DNA of 64,000 nucleotides from Takakia lepidozioides (Eukaryota; Plantae; Bryophyta): positions 31,124,001 through 31,188,000 of the forward strand of contig CM060731.1 in NCBI GenBank assembly GCA_030704615.1, given 5' to 3'. How positions within the stretch are numbered: position 1 is the first letter of the stretch; the number at the start of each line of letters is the position of its first letter. The notes below the pieces were generated by a model that was not told the DNA's origin, did no database searches, and saw nothing but the letters and a program-made list of their open reading frames with translations. Made by a program: the position numbers and the translations under genes. This document shows, piece after piece, positions 36,629 through 49,600 of the stretch.

Positions 36629-39600
36629 ATGGCGTCGACGCTCGAAGGTGGGTTGAGAAGCGCAGCGATGGCAGCGGGTTGGGGTGATCTGCAGGCTGCG
36701 CAGACAGAAGAGGCTATCGCAAAGGCCCTGTCTTCTCCGTGCGGTAAAGTGGTGGGAGGCCTTGCATCCTGCAGCAGATTGTGTGTGGAGCTGAGATGGA
36801 CATCCACTTCAGCTAATACTATGACTTCGAAGCAAGGTATAGGCACGAACCTCTTGGCGTGTTTTTCTGGGACCTGAAAATGGTATTCATAACCAGGCTC
36901 CAAGTTGTAAATTACACCCATTCTGGTCGAAGAAGCTCCCAGTCTGTAGTGATATGTTCAGTGTAATCGGCACCTTATCCACCTTCCATTAGTTCTGAAT
37001 GCGAGGGAGAAAGTAGCAAGAGAAAGCTTTACGTCCAGCTGATGAGTAGGGAACGAAATGAATAAACTTGGGTGGGTTTGACAACCAAGACGAGCCCAGG
37101 CTGTTGATTCATCAATCCCCGGACCGAGAAGGGATGGAATCTCTCTGGATAACTACATGTGAAAAAGTTTGTTGACAAATTCCCTATGGATGACAGCCCA
37201 GCGCCTACCCTTCGTGAGAAAATAATGGATTATTTCTCTGCGCACCTACCTCAATTCTCCCGGCCAGCCACAGTTCCAATCTCATGGGCCTCATACAACG
37301 AGGCTTATCCAGGGCTTAGTGATGGTCCCTCTAGTCAAGCACTAGCCCTCGTAAATGTGGAGCACCTATGCAGCACCTCCCCTCATTATGCGACCTGTGA
37401 GTTTGTGAGCAATGTGATCCAGAGCCGTGGTGCACCCAGCAAGCCAACAACTGAGCCCTGAATGGTATAGATGGAGACCATGGAGCTCAAGTCAACATTA
37501 AAAATTGAAGGATACAACTCGTCTAGAATTCTCTGAAGTAGATGACTGCGAATCCTATTCACATGTAGCAGAATGTCTGCTAGGATGAAGAGATTTTTTT
37601 TGTAACTATCCGGTAGCAGTTTTTGAAGTATATCATATGTGGTCGAGTAGAAAGGATTGTAACTAAAGAGTCTCGTCATGCAGGATGGCAGGGTTGGATC
37701 GGGTACAATTATTTGTTACATGTCAGACAGGCGGAAGGCTTAGCACCTCCACGACCTCTGATTTCAAAGGAGGACCAAGAGAGGCAATCAACAAAAACTC
37801 GTCTGAAACCTGTAGAGATGTGAGGACACTCTCTAAGGCAGGACAACTGAAAGAGGCGCTGCTTATTTTAAACCAAAGAGAGATCCGGGCAGACTCCAAT
37901 ACTTATGTCTGCCTCTTGCAGGAGTGCATCAACAGGAAGAACCTAGCTGAAGGAAAGCAGGTTCATGTGCAGCTGGTCCGAAGTGGGAAAAGCCCAAACA
38001 TCTTTTTAATCAACACCCTTGTCAACATGTATGCCAGGTGCGGGAGCCTGGTGGATGCTCGCCAAGTGTTTGACAAAATGCAGGAACGCACTTTGTATAC
38101 ATGGAATATAATGATAGCTGGATATGTCAAGCATGGGTTTTTTAGGGAGGCTCTGAATATATATGAGCAAATGCAACTGGAAGGGCACCTGACACCCAAC
38201 AGAGTCACGTTCATTTCCATTCTCAATGCCTGTGCCAACCTAAGAGCCTTGGGAAAGGGTAAAAAGGTGCATGCTGACCTCATCAAAGTTGGAATTGCAC
38301 CAGATATCATTGTGGAGACTGCCCTTGCTGACATGTATGCCAAAGGGGGCAGCATGAAGGATGCACGTCAAGTATTTGACAGTATGGCCGAACGAGATGT
38401 GGTCTCATGGAGTGCAATGATCTCTGGATATGCTGAGCACGGCTGTGGGAGGGAGGCTTTTGAGATCTATCAGCAAATGCAACTTAACGGGGTGATGCCC
38501 AACAGGGTCTCATTTGTTTGCATTCTAAATGCATGTGCTAGCTTAGGAGCCCTGGAAAAAGGGAAAGAGGTCCATGCGGACATCATCAAAACTGGGATTG
38601 CTTCACATGTCATTCTGGAGAATAGCCTTGTTGATATGTATACTAAATGTGGGAGCATGAAGGATGCGCGTGCAGTGTTTGACAATATGGCACAACGAGA
38701 TGTGTTTTCATGGAGTACAATGATAGCGGGATATGCTAAGCATGGGTGTGGTAGGGAGGCTGTCGAGATCTATGAGCAAATGCAAAGGGAAAGGGTGACA
38801 CCCAATACTGTCACATTCACTTGTGTTCTCAACGCTTGTGCCAGCCTAGGAGCCCTGGAAAAGGCCAAAGATGTACATGCTGACATCATCAAAGCTGGAA
38901 TTGCACGTGATATGATTCTGGAGACTGCCCTTGTTGACATGTATGCCAAATGCGGGAGCATGGAGGAAGCACGCCAAGTATTTGACAATATGGCTGAACG
39001 AGATGTGGTCTCATGGAATGCAATGATTGCAGGATATGCGCAACATGCATTTGCTAAGGAGGCTATCAAGATATATGACCAGATGCAAGGGAAAGGTGTG
39101 ACGCCCAGCGGAGTCACATGCATTTGTGTTCTCCATGCTTGTGCTAGCATAGGAGCCCTGGCAAAGGGCAAAGAGGTCCATGCTGACATCTTTGAATCTG
39201 GAATTCAGTTATATGCTCATTTGGAGAATAGCCTTCTTGACATGTATGCCAAATGCGGGAGCCTCAAGCGTGCATGCCAAGTGTTTGACAATATGGCTGA
39301 ACGAGATGTGGTCTCATGGAATACAGTCATCGCAGGATATGGTCGACATGGGCTTGGGAGGGAGGCCTTGCAACTATTTGAACAAATGCAACAGGAAGGC
39401 TTGACGCCGGATGGTGTTACCTTTATATCTCTTCTCTCTGTGTGTAGCCATGTGGGCCTAGTGGATGAAGGCTGTCACTACTTTGATTCCATGACACCAG
39501 ACCATGGCCTCACTCCTACAGTGGAGCATTTTGGCTGTATGGCGGACCTTCTTGGCCGTGCAGGGCGACTGGATGAGGCAGAGGACCTCATTAACAATAT

Positions 39601-40231
39601 GTCATTCGAACCAAATGCTTCGGTGTGGGGGGCCTTGCTTGGTGCCTGCAGAATTCATGGTGATGTGGATCTAGCAAAACGCGCAGCAGAAGGCATTCTC
39701 AAGAGTGATCCACAGCACCCTGCAGCTTATGTGCTGCTATCAAACATTTATGCTGCAGCTGGCCAGTGGGATGAGAAAGAAAAGGTAAGAAAATTGATGG
39801 AGGAGAGAGGTGTAAGGAAGGAGCCAGGGTGTAGCTGCATTGAGGTGGACAACGAGGTGCACACATTCATTGTGGAAGACAAATTGCATCCACAAATTGA
39901 GGAAATTCATGCTGAGCTGAAGAGATTGTATGGGCTGATGAAGGAGGCCGGGTACATGCCCGATACACGATTTGTATTGCATGATGTGGAGGAGGAGCAA
40001 AAGGAATCTTCTCTTTGCTACCACAGTGAGAAGCTGGCCATTGCTTTTGGGCTGATCAGCACGCCCCCTAGGACACCTATCCGTGTGATAAAAAACCTTC
40101 GTGTGTGTGGCGACTGCCACACCGCCACCAAGTTCATCTCAAAGATTGTTGGGCGAGAGGTGGTTGTAAGGGATGCCAACCGCTTCCACCACTTCAAAGA
40201 TGGGGTTTGTTCTTGTGGGGATTACTGGTGA
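36629..40231 (+). CDS. PLS-class PPR-E-DYW RNA editing factor; probable exon 1 36629-36836 (targeting peptide) spliced to 37731-40231, or start at ATG 37685
   Basis: 848-aa ORF with about 17 P/L/S motifs, E domain, PG box, HSEKLA, CGDCH and DYW. A phase-1 donor at 36837 matches a phase-1 acceptor at 37730. Confidence 0.9.
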
Positions 40232-40434
40232 AACAAGCAATCTGCAAATAAATGCTAGTGTGTGACATACACACGCCATAGCAATATGGCCTCCTGGAGT
40301 TCTCTCGTCCCCTGCATTCTTCTTTTTCAATAAAATGCTGGCCCTTCAATAAGCAGGGATCAGCCCAAAGTTTTGTTCATGGATATCCATTTTTTCCCCT
40401 GCTCACTAGTTACTACTTGGATATTGTCTCTCGG

Positions 40435-41487
40435 CACATATCCAGAAAGTTGTTCAAACTGGCAAGGGCAAAGCACTGTCACTAAATTTTCCCACTGCCG
40501 AGGCATTAACTCTGAGGTCAAGAAAACCTTGCTTTGCCGCGATATTAGACCTGCCTTGGAGTACGGATCTGCTATATGGGTTGATAACTCCAACCAGGCT
40601 AAGTCTCTAGAATCCATTCAAGTGGGGTTGCTTAAGGAGTGCATGTCAGCATGCTCCAAAACAGCCAATGTGGCTGTTCGGGGTGAGTTTGGCATCTTCC
40701 TTAAGCTCCCGACGAGATGAATTCAAGGTCAGATGGTGGGGTCAGTTGCAACACATGTCCAACACCAGATACCCTAAGTTAATCGACTCTATATCTTGGA
40801 AACAGGACCGCCCTGTCAAACAGGCTAAGTCCTGGCAGAAGAGAATAGAAGAGATTCTCAAGGCTTACAGACTGTAGTGTCCAAAGCCATGTCTGTTACC
40901 AGAAAATTGTCTGATGCAAATGAAGTTAGGCAGAAAACTTCCCTGAACCTGTTTCCAGACTGTGACATGGGGGAGGTTATCATGGATGACCTCAAGGGTC
41001 TACCCACTCTCGGCACCAGACTGAAATTTAAACTCGGGGCAAGAAGCCTACCTTTGAACAGTAAACAGAAGCAGAGAGGAAAGGGAGAGTGCAATTGCCC
41101 GTTGTGTGGGCAACCCGAAGACAATATTCATTTTCTGCTTCACTGTCCGGGGTACTCTCACCGGAGAGAAGCTCTCCTCCAATCTATCAAGAGAATTGTG
41201 CCTGTACCTCTGTTTACCAACTTTGAAAGTCTTGAGGCTGAGCCAAAAGCCCAGGCCCTTCTGAGGCCTAGTTTTTGGGCAAATCACACATAGCAGATTG
41301 ATGCTTGTGTGAAGGGATTTCTAGAGGATATCTGGAAAACCCCAATCAATTCTATGTAGAAAAAGGTGAGTCTTACTACCAATGTCAGCCCTTGACAGAG
41401 GTAGGTTCTGTCCCTTTGGTTTCCGCTCAAACTGGGTGGGGGGTCAATGGCCACAAGGCTACGGCAAACAACGTCTTATGAGTACAA
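40435..41487 (+). mobile_element. 5'-truncated, degenerate copy of the LINE family
   Basis: [28 protein letters not shown] and [18 protein letters not shown]; ends GTCTTATGAGTACAA followed by TCTCTCCTCTTCC. Confidence 0.92.
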
Positions 41488-42578
41488 TCTCTCCTCTTCC
41501 CCTTCCTCTCAACCATTGTGATAGGACATTCAATTGTGTCACAGTTGTGTTGCAAGCCAGGATTAACAAGTATAAATGTTTTTGTTCTTAAACAGAATTT
41601 ATTTTATTTTGTTTTATTTTTTTATTTTTTTTGTTTTGACGAATGTCTCACAATTTAATCAAATTAATAAGGAAAAGTACACATAAGTGAAAAAAATAAC
41701 CACTAGGGAGGCCGTGAAGGCTTACTGAGGGGAAACCACCCCGGAACCTTAGCGAACAAGCTACTGAGCAATTAAGGGAGCAAGGGATGCAAGAAGAGAA
41801 ATAGTGGGAGAGAGTGAAGAAGAAATGGCGATGGGAGACTATTAAGCATCTGGACTGCCCAGGAAAACATCAGAAGGTTTGCAGGCCGAGTGAGAAAAAC
41901 TGACAACGGAATAGAACTAGAGAGATAAGAGCTATGTGAAGGAGCGCTCTATAGAGAGGCGAGCTGGAGGAGAGGCTGGAGCTGAAGCCGGCATAGGCCC
42001 TTCGGGAAGTAAGCAAGCCTTAAAGCCGCCACATTCAGAAGGTGCATGGTTGTTGCTGCCAGATTGATTTAACGATGACGCATTGTGTCCCCTAGAGATC
42101 GTGGAATAGCGGATAGGAATCAGAATTTGAGCTGAGTCCTTGATTTGTTGTCACTTGGCTTCTTGTGGCGCCAGTTGAATTCGGTGTCATCCCCCTCACC
42201 AGGGGACTTCCCATTGTGAGGGGATGGCGACATTCCAGGTAAAGTTTGTGTCGGTAACACTGGTGGTGAGCAAGTTGTTTTTGCTCCAGGTGTGCTTGAG
42301 AGCTTGAAGCAGCTGCCTCCCCCATTGTTCTGAAGTTCTGGGAAGAGCTGCACACACAATTTCAAAAGCCTTCCTTCCCCCAGTTAGCAGGTCTTATGTA
42401 CAAAACAGCACAGATCTGCCAGTGAGGGCTTTCCCCTCATACACCCAAGCACAACGCATTTTCCACAAATTCCATAGTGTTAGTGCTGTGAGGACGGCCC
42501 ACACAGGGCAGGATATCTGATCCTGTAAATTTAAATAAATGTCTACAGAAGGCTAGAGAGTCAGGCTTTCCTTCTTAA

Positions 42579-43488
42579 CCCTTCAAGGACTAGCCTGTTT
42601 TTGGTGGGCCCTGTCTAAAACCAGACATACCCTCACGGATGAGGGTGTATCTCCCATTGGACAAACATCCGAGGAGATGAACCGTTCCAAAGTCATCCTA
42701 CCTACTTCATGCACCTGAAGTAAAAATTTCAGGAGAATTGACCATCTAAAGTGGAAGATTATAACAAAAGTTCTAGGCTTTTTTTTTTTGTTGGATATAT
42801 TTTCAACATGAAAATTTGGTTTGACCAAGCAGATTGCCAACCTTTTTGATTTTTCATTGATACAGCCTACCCAGATTCAGATTATATGGCACCCACAGCA
42901 AAGCCTCCCAAAATTCCAGAGCCAAATTCCAAAAATGCATAATGGTTGCTTTGTATGGGAAAACAGGGGAGTCAAAATGCCAATTTCTCTCATGGGAAAA
43001 ACACATCCCCCCAAATGTGGGGCAATTTGTGAGGGAATCCAAATTCCTCTCGTCATGTTGTTGTTTGCCTACCTACCGAGTACCCTGGAAAAAAAATTCC
43101 ACATTCTAAGCTGTTTGTAGGCAAAGATTGCCAAAAAACCGAACCCCTACTTGAATCCCAGCTCCGGCCAAGAATTGCCGGAACCGGTGGACAAAAAATC
43201 CGGCCACGTCATCACAAACCAAGGAAGTCACGGCCCCCCAATCCTGCCTGCCACGTCTGCCAGTCAACCTGCTGGCGGACCACAGGATTTTGGGTACCCC
43301 TCCAGATTCCAAAAAATCCTGACGGCGGGGGATTAGATTTTTTAGGGTGCGATCAACACAGGGGGCCGTAAATATTTATGGGCTACACTTTTCGTTCAGG
43401 AATCGTTTTCATCCGACATGATCTGCGCATTTATCATCCAATCGAAATTTCGACTCGACCCGATACGGGTCGCCTCGTCCTTGAAGGG
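42579..43488. mobile_element. Non-autonomous piggyBac-like DNA transposon (MITE), 910 bp
   Basis: TTAA|CCCTTCAAGGAC at 42575-42590 and GTCCTTGAAGGG|TTAA at 43477-43492: perfect 12-bp TIRs starting CCC, with TTAA on both sides. No transposase ORF. Confidence 0.75.
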
Positions 43489-43689
43489 TTAAGGAATAAA
43501 TATAAATAAATAAATGAATAAAATGTCTCAAGTGGATGAATGCGGATGAAACGTGGATGAACAGAGCAGAGATGGACGACCGAGAGGGAAACTAGGGCTG
43601 GCTTTGGACAAGCTGTCGTGGTTAGGGTTTGGAGTGCACTTGTGAGCAGCGCCTTGTGAGAGCTACCAACACTAAGGAATTTGGAGAAG

Positions 43690-46600
43690 ATGAGCAGGGG
43701 TGCAGGAGCTGGATATGACCGCCACATTACCATCTTCTCGCCGGAGGGCCGACTCTACCAAGTGGGTATGTGTTTCCTCTTCGTTTCATAGCCTTCAAGG
43801 GTCTCCGATCTAGTTCAATTTGCTCACTTCTGAGTGGCTCTTTCAATACCTGCGCCGTTCATGCGTCTTGCAAAATTATGAACGGGTCACCATCTTGTTC
43901 ATATCGGGAAGAACTTTCAATTTCCATCTGGCTGAATGGTGTAATTCTTGGGAGATGGTAGAAGTGTGGGAACCCTAACACACGGTTGGTTGATACTGAT
44001 GTTCCACTGAGTCTTGTTTGTGGAAAATTGTATCCTTGTTCATTCATGCCGTGGTTTTCACAGAGTATGCCTTCAAGGCTGTGAAGGCTTCTGGAATCAC
44101 ATCAATTGGCGTTCGGGGCAAAGACTCCGTATGTGTTGTGACTCAGAAGAAAGTTCCGGTATGTCAGGGGCATGTCAATTCATTGTCTCTCACTTTTTTT
44201 GTGCTGAATCTTGGTTGTACATACAGCGTGTAGAAAGAGTTGTGATTGCCAATGACGTCTGTAGTCCTTTCATGCTTTGGGGCAAGCAGAAGGATGTATA
44301 TAAGTGTCCGTTGTCTCAAACCTTAAGAGATGTTTCACTAGTAAGATTGTGATTTTGGGGCTGGATTCAGCCAGCTTGATACCGGGTCTAAATTATAGTG
44401 GGATTATACAGGACAAGTTGCTAGATCAATCAAGCATCACTCACCTCTACGCCATAACAAAGTACATCGGCCTCCTCGCCACTGGCATGACAGGTAATTT
44501 CAGGGGCAGTCATTGCTAGTCGTGTGTGTTTAATGATTGGTTCACAGTTATGCTCTTTCAGTTTCAGGCATTATTCCTTTGTCTGGCTGAAAGACACAAA
44601 AATGTAGTTCAGGTTCAGGGTGGTTGAATGTTGCATGGTTTTTTTTTTTGGTCTAAAGGGGATAAACAATTGGGTACTGCATCGCTGCCACATCCAAGGG
44701 ATGAGACGCCTTGGTTTATGGTGACTTGGGGTGTTTCGCAGCGGATGCAAAAACATTGGTTTCGCATGCGAGGAGTGAGGCAGCAGAGTTTCGGTTTAAA
44801 CTGGGGTATGAGATGCCAGTTGACTATCTGGCCAAGCGGTGAGTCACCGAGTTTTGTATTGTATTAAGCAGTCTGGATTCACTCAACAGAAAAGAGAGTA
44901 AACAAGATAGTGGTGGGGAAAATAGCTTCTCTAGCTGAATCAATTCTTCTTGGTGATCAATGCCATCATCGAATATTTATTTGTCAAGACTAATGCATGG
45001 TCAAGAAGTACATTTGTAGTATGTTTCTGCAACAGCCATACTCACGCGACACTCAAATGTGAATTTGAAACACGGTGAGCATGGATGCTGCTTGCCATAG
45101 CGCTTCATGCCTGCTTCCATGCTTGTGAGGTCGTGTAGTCTGGGAAGGCAGATGGCCCATCACACCAAATCAGTCATACCTTGAAAACTTGTGTGGATTG
45201 TGTGAGATGCTGGGATGATAACTGATCTGCCCTTGTGGATGGACGAGACAGGCTTGCTGACAAGTCGCAAGTTTACACTCAGCATGCCTACATGCGGCCT
45301 CTTGGAGTTGGTTAGTGTTGTCTTTTCTTCTTCATTGAGGTGCAAAACGGAGGTGGAAAATGACAGACTATTGGTTTCGAACTGTTGCCTGTCAGTTCCA
45401 GTCAACCAGTTCCAGTGAAATATAATCAATCAATTGTTTAGAAGCATGCTATAGGATGTTAAATGCAAAATACAAGCACTATGTTTCTTTGGATGATAAT
45501 GCTATTTCGGTATATTTTAATTGAGAAACAGATGCTGTGTTGGTTGTTGGGTGAGTTTGCAGCTGCTATGTTGATAGGCATTGATGAGGAGTTGGGGCCT
45601 CAGCTGTACAAGTGTGATCCAGCGGGCCACTTTGTTGGTTACAAGGTGTGTTCTGCTTGTTCAAGTGCTCATCTCTTCTTTTGCTTCACTTTCTCAACCA
45701 TGAGGATTATCCAACACCAACTCTAAATTAAGGTCCATGAATACGGGATGTTGAAAAGTATTCTCGTAGCTTACTGCAAATCTGGAGAAACTTTCTTCTC
45801 CTCTTAAGGCCTTTTCTAGGGTCTGAAGTAGAACATCGTAAGGGTAAGATGTGCCGTATGTATGCACACACTTCTTGCTTGCTTTGACACCCCTATGGAG
45901 ATTTACAGAAAACTTAGATGCATCTTTGGTGTCCAATCCGTCTACTTTTTCTATTGTGAAGTCCAAAATTGTTGGAAAATGATAAAGCTGTTTGGGAGTT
46001 ATGGGGGTGGTGTGGGTCACTAGAATGAAAGCCCAGATACTTTGTAATGGATTTAAATTTTTGGGTGCTTGGCTGGATGCAGGCAACCAGCTCGGGATCA
46101 AAGGAGCAGGAGGCAGTGAACTTTCTGGAGAAGAAGATAAAGAACAATCCGCAATTTTCTTATGAAGAAACTGTGCAAGTGCGCTGCTCTCCCTCACTTC
46201 TTCTGCGTGTTAATCCCTCACATTATCTGAGCAGGTTGTGGAGTTGGCATGTGTGTCAACAGAGAGATACTTGTTGACCCTTGAGGGCATACTCCCCCTG
46301 GATGTTAATGCTCCTGGAGCTGAGAGAGAGTGTGTACTCATAAGACGTCTGGGAGCTGAGAGAATGTACTCATAAGACATTGTTTGCCGTAGCCTTGTGG
46401 CCATTGACCCCGCGCCCAGTTTGAGCGGAACATAAAGGGACAGAAACTACCTTTGTCAGGGGCTGACGCCGGTAGTATGATTTACCTTGGAATAAACAGT
46501 TGATCCGAGATTTCCAGATATCCTCCAGAAATCCCTTCACACAAGCATCAATCTGATGTGTGTGATTTGCCCAATAGCTAGACCCCAAAAGGGCCTGGGC

Positions 46601-49600
46601 TTTTGGCTCAGCCTCAAGATTTTCAAAGTTGTTAAACAGAGGTACAGGCACAATTTCCTTGATGGAATTGAAGAGGGTGTCCCGTTGGTGAGAGTACCCA
46701 GGACAATGAATCAGGAAGTGAATATTGTCTTCAGGTTGCCCACACAACGGGGCACTTACAATCCCCCTTTCCTCTCTGCGACTGTTTGTTGTTCAAAGGT
46801 AGGCTACCCGCCCTGAGTTTGAATTTCAGTCCAGTGCCGAGGGTGGGTAGACCCTTGAGGTCATCCATGATGTCCTGACCCATGTCACAGACTGGAAACA
46901 GGTTCAGGGAAGTTTTCTGCCTAACTTCATTTTCTTCAGACAATTTCCTGGCAATAGACATGGCTTTGGAAACTTCAGCTTCTAAGCCAGATTTATCCAG
47001 CAGGGTCATGGCTAGTGGACTAAGATTCAGATCCTTGAAAATCTCTTCTACCCTCTTCTGCCAGGATTTAGCCTGTTTGTCAGGGCGGTCCTGCTTCCAA
47101 GATATAGAGTCGATTAACTTAGGATATCTGGTATTAGCCATACGTTGCAGCTGACCCCACCACCATCTGATTTTGAATTCATCGCGTCGGGAGCTTAAGG
47201 GAGGAATGCCAAACCCACCCCGAACAGCCTCATTAGCTGTTTTGGAGCATGCTGACATGCACTCCTTGAGCACCCCGACTTGGATGGATTCAAGAGACTT
47301 AGCCTGGTTGGAGTTATCAACCCATACAGCAGATGCATACTCCAAGGCCGGCCTGATAACGCAGCAAAGCATGGTTTTTTTTACTTCAGAGTTGATCCCT
47401 CTGCAGTGGAAAAATTTAGTGAGACCCAGTGCTTTGCGTTTGCCAGATTGAACCACTCTTTGAATATGTGCTTCCCAATTACAGTTGGAGGAAAACTCAA
47501 CGCCAAGATAGGTGTAGGAGGGGAGAACAGGGATCTCTTGGCTTCCCCACTGCCACTTGAGGTTGCCTCCTCCTTCCCCCCGGTCGTTGAATGCCACCAC
47601 TGCACATTTACTGACATTGGCCTCTAGCCCCCAAAGATCAAAGTATCTCTTCGCGCAATCTATAAGCCCCTGGAGGTTGGAAGGAGTCTCCCCTATGCCT
47701 GCGAAGTCATCCGCAAACATAAGGGCTGGTATGGTGGCATCACCCACCCTTAACCCAAATCCCTCACTTTCCACATCCTCCAGTAATTGATTGATGAAAA
47801 CATTGAAGAGCAGAGGGGAGAGGGTACATCCTTGAGCTACACCTTGGTCTATGTCAAAGAAATTAGACTTCTGTCCATTAACAGTGACGCAGCTTTTAGT
47901 GTGAGCATACAAGTTATGGACCACTCTCCACATCTTTCCCTTGATCCCGGAAGACCAGAGTCGGAGCCATAGACCGTTTCTCCACACAGTGTCATAGGCC
48001 TTTTTGACATCCAGGAAAAAGACAAAAGTAGGTTTCCCTTCTTTTTTCCTTCCCTGGATAATCTGGCTGAGTGTGAAGATATGATCCACGCAGCCCCTGT
48101 TTCGCTGAAAGCCAGCTTGGCCTTCATGGAAACAACCTCTGGACTCCAGATCAACCTCGAGACGAGTACTTATAACTATGCAGAATATCTTGCCCACTGC
48201 ATTAAGAAGCGTGATGCCCCGATAGTTACCCGGCTCTTCTCTGTCACCTTTCTTATATAAATTGACAATGACCCCCTGCCGCCAGCGAAAGGGGGTAATT
48301 TCAGTCCTCCATATAAGGTTAAAGAGAAGAACAAGGGCCTCTATCATAGGGTCACCACCATGCTTGATAAGCTCATTGACAATGCCATCAGGGCCACCAG
48401 CTTTGTATCCGTTTAGATGCTCAATTGCTTCCGCAATCTCAGAGGAACTAATGGGAGCGTTATAACCCTTGGAAATATATCCCAGTTCATCAGGGCTGGC
48501 TTGAATCATAGACACAGTTCTTTCTACTGTGTCATTCCATTCTTCAGAAAACCCCTCGCTGCTAGAACTAGAATTTCTGCCCAGTGTACTGTAGTGGGTT
48601 TCAAAGGTGTTGACAATGTCAGCCGTTGAAGTCACCACTGCACCCTTAGGGGTCCTCAGCGCTTGTACTTGCTGACAATTTTTCGGCTTGTACAGACGTT
48701 GAAGGGCCAACCAGAATTTCTTGTCATTACCACTGTGGTGGTTTGAGTTTATTTCCCCGTATAACTTATCCCAATATAGTTTCTTCTGAGACCTTACAAG
48801 CTGATTGATATCTTTGCGGAGCTGGTAGTACCTAACCCAAAGGTTATTATTGACTTTCATTCTGCAGCACTCTTTATAGAGGGCTCGTCTCTCGGCAATC
48901 TTGAGTTTGATCTCATTGGTCCACCAATTAACAGCTCTACCGCAGACAATTAGTTTCCTCCCAATGATCTTTTCAGCCACAGAAGAGACGAAACTCTCCC
49001 AAGAGTCCACCGCTCTTTCAACTTCATTTCTTGCATTGCTAGCGCGAGATTGAAGGTCTTGGAGCGAATGGACAAAGTTGGGCAGAGCCTCTTGCAAGGC
49101 CTGGACATACTCAGCCTTGACCTCTTCATTTCGGAATTTTTCAATGCGCCACTTCTGGATCGAACGTTTCACAGATCTCTTGGTGTTGGGGAAACACCTT
49201 TTGATCTCAGTCCAAACCAGAAAGTGGTCAGAGGTACCAATATCAGTTCTGTCAATTATCACATTGGCGCACTGGGGAAACAGATTCTTGTCCACTATGA
49301 TAATCCACAATGGATCGTTCCCCAGTTTGGGCTTTCTCACGGGTCCACTGCACCTGGTCACCTTTTGACCTATTGTTCAGGGTCGAAAGCTGAAGCTCTT
49401 CCAGACAGTTAATTAACCGTCTTCCATTAGAGTTCAGCTCGTCCTCACCAAAAGGTCTGATGATATCATCCTGGTGAAGACCTTTACCCACCCGGGCATT
49501 GAAGTCACCCAATAAGACCACCTGACCCTTGGCAAGGACTTTAGCACAGTCCAGCCCCAGACTCTCCAACTAAATCCAATGTACTACCTTACCCAAAGCA

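Noticed and set aside
37000-37460. PDF-motif relic in the intron of the second PPR-DYW gene (ESLWI)
   Set aside because: No WWDNR or KHK element; the similarity is too short.
41590-42050. Possible L1 3' end on the minus strand (similar pattern at ~59880-60230)
   Set aside because: The T-rich tail and purine skew are suggestive, but no diagnostic protein motif is present.
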